In this document: positions 62,346 to 64,000 of the stretch, in pieces
Numbering within the stretch: position 1 is the stretch's first letter
Layout of the letters: every line of letters begins with the position of its first letter
From: Felis catus
Lineage: Eukaryota
DNA: 64,000 nt
NCBI RefSeq assembly: GCF_018350175.1
Contig: NC_058382.1
Coordinates: 60,328,001 to 60,392,000 of the forward strand
Direction: 5' to 3'
Translations under genes and position numbers: made by a program
Notes under the pieces: model-generated
What the model saw: the letters and a program-made list of their open reading frames with translations, nothing else
Database searches by the model: none
Told to the model about the DNA's origin: nothing

Positions 62346-64000
62346 GGGGGCCACAGGCAGGGGGCCGGTGCCCACGCAGCCACGAACCCGCGTCGCCCGT
62401 GGGCTCCAGCGTTATGGCCTCCACACTTCTCCTGAACCTCCTTATCCAGGCGGAGCGCCTGGCCCTGGAGACTCAGCACAACTACTCAGAAGCTCAGTCC
62501 TGGCGGGGGGTGGGGGGAAGGGTAGTCAAACAGGGCTTGTGTGAGAGGGTGCGGCCGGGCTGAACCCAGCCAGCAGAAGGCCCGGGAGGCTTTGGACAAG
62601 AGGCCACCTCCCCCCCCAGGTGGCCTTCATGAAGACAGGGCGGGGGGCAACACACACTGCCTGGGGAACTCCCCCTTCCCGCCCTGAGAACAGGGCCGTG
62701 GCCGTGGCCGTGACAGGAGAGAAGGCTTCGCGGCTCGCATGACCCGTCGCCCCTGGGCAGAGCCCGCCCTGCCCCCTCCCTGCCTGTGTGTTCGGAGCGG
62801 AGGTGGGGAGTGCTGGGGGGGAAGAGGCCTCGCCACGGCTGGAGCGGGCCGTGGGTGGCTGGGGGAGGCAAGCCGCCTCGGGGGGTCATGGAAACCCACC
62901 CGGAGGCTGAGAGGCCGCGTGTCCCCGGGAGGATGGTGTTGCCCCCACACGCGAGCGCCCACTCTGCGTCAGGTGCTAGGAGGGAGGATGGGCCGGCATA
63001 GCGGGCAGCTGGCAGGGGACGGCCCGACGGAAGACGGCAGGGGCAGGGGCAAAGGCCCTGTGGCGGGTCAAAGGACCTGCGACGAGGCCCGTGGAGGGAG
63101 GGCACTCCCGGGACCTGGGGCTCACGAGAGCCAGGCTGTTGCAGCCAGAGGCTCACCCGACACCCAGCTCAGCCCCCGCGGAGCGGGGGTCACCTGCCCA
63201 CGGGAAAGGCGCCCTCGGGAATGCTGCTCAGATCGGAGCGGTCGGCCAGTCAGGGCCCAGGAGAGCGTGGCCAAGCCCTCTGACTATAGCTTCCTGGAGA
63301 CTGGCCGAGACCATGTGGCCAGAGGACAGCAAGGGGGCTGGCCCGGGACCCCAGGCAGCCTGGCAGGGAACACTAGCCGGAAGGTCAGGAAGGTCGCTGC
63401 CCCAAGCTGCTGACGAGGAAGGAAGTGCCCATCCCCCGCGTGGCTTCCAGCCCTGGGGCCTTGAAACAGTCACTTTCCCTCTCAGGGCCTCTGTTTCTCA
63501 TCTGAGCCACAGGGAGGATGACAGCACCACCTCTAGGCCTGAGAGGGCTGACAAGGCAGTTAGCCCCTCGGCACATCCCCCACCCCGGGCCCAGACAGGG
63601 CAGGTCCACCCACCCCAGCCCTTGGCCTTCAAGGCCCACCCACCACCAGAGAGCCCCGCCCCCTCCACAGACCTCAGCAGGACACGCCCCAGGCCAGGCC
63701 CCAGAGGCAGGGAGCAGGGAAGGGGTAGGAGTCCAGCAGGTATGGAACCAAATGACCCCCTCTCCCCCCCTTTCCCCCCCCCACCCCGGGCCACGTCCCC
63801 AGGGCCCTCCTGCAGTGACAATTCCAGCCGGTCAGGCCCCTCTGCGTGATACAGCCCCAGCCTACCACGCGGGAGCCCTGTGACCCCGAGCCCGTCCCCT
63901 ATACTCCTAGCCTCAGTTTCCTCATCTGTAAACCGGGATTGGGTGCTTGCTTCCTGCACGTGTGGCCCCTGAGCCCAGCATGCGACAGGCGCCTCCCTGG

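Overview
Very GC- and CpG-rich mammalian genomic DNA, most likely from a felid, judged from several feliform-type Can-SINEs including one near-consensus young copy. It is not prokaryotic or viral. I find no supported protein-coding exon, RNA gene or CRISPR-like array; the long ORFs in the track are GC-content or tandem-repeat artefacts or decayed L1 ORF2. About 1-40 kb looks intergenic and is built of old eutherian repeats (L1M, L2, MIR, MLT1, MER20/MER58), Can-SINEs and tandem repeats. At about 40.5-42.1 kb a CpG-island promoter carries a + strand first exon ending in a perfect donor (GAG|GTGAGT, 41163/41164). The rest looks like first intron, with a second CpG island and possible alternative promoter near 57.9-58.9 kb, followed by a Z-DNA-prone tract and a strong CTCF motif. 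The gene cannot be named from this window. The clearest unusual signal is patchy AT-to-GC rewriting of old repeats, including SINEs that appear to have gained CpGs, consistent with GC-biased gene conversion. I found no evidence of a new biological system. Repeat subfamily names come from remembered consensus sequences, and boundaries are approximate.
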